Origin: Chiloscyllium plagiosum
Lineage: Eukaryota
DNA length: 64,000 bases
Reading direction: 5' to 3'
Assembly (NCBI RefSeq): GCF_004010195.1
Contig: NC_057719.1
Coordinates: 19,145,347-19,209,346 of the forward strand
The translations under genes and the position numbers were made by a program. The notes beneath the pieces were generated by a model, which made no database searches, had not been told where the DNA came from, and saw only the letters and a list, made by a program, of their open reading frames with translations. This document shows, piece after piece, positions 63,753 to 64,000 of this stretch (the stretch's first letter is position 1; the number at the start of each line of letters is the position of its first letter).

Positions 63753-64000
63753 CTTTTAAAAAGAAATTGGATACATTGCTATTTCCTATTTACCTACCTG
63801 TTCAGCAACTCAACAGTCAAATTTCTTCGAAGAGCTTTCCGCCCATGCCACCTGCACTTAAATGAACCCAGTCACAGTTACAAGTATTTTTACTGGTGAT
63901 CAAAACAAACCCTTCTCAACTTTGTATTCCATAATTGCAGAGTTGATTTCTGTTCAAATTTTGTTCTCTAATGTTCAATCCCTTTGTTCCTCTTACCTTG

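Noticed and set aside
63798..63856. Extra - strand exon ending CAG|gtaggt
   Set aside because: It would leave an intron of only about 45 nt before the 63752 acceptor, and there is no convincing open frame.

Overview
Vertebrate genomic DNA, most likely a shark (inferred from HE1-type tRNA SINEs and dense CR1 and Penelope retroelements). There is one assembly gap (48743-49314). Main result: the unique sequence between the repeats on the + strand (about 381-54243) contains a collinear chain of decayed exons. My by-eye translations match, in the correct order, the motor half of a dynein heavy chain: AAA3, AAA3 lid, AAA4, stalk/MTBD, AAA5, AAA6 and the C-terminal domain. The exons carry in-frame stops and frameshifts, so this looks like an intron-containing (unprocessed) pseudogene of a divergent dynein heavy chain. 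The ORF track hides it because it mostly reports the antisense shadow ORFs. It lies tail-to-tail with the last exons of an intact - strand gene (55559-64000) whose exon architecture fits VRK1. The second theme is at least four families of Penelope-like elements (PLEs) carrying minimal hammerhead ribozyme cores. Many occur as roughly 90-230 bp insertions with target-site duplications (TSDs) that begin right at the ribozyme, and several form head-to-head palindromes. All protein-family assignments are manual comparisons with remembered consensus motifs; no searches were run.
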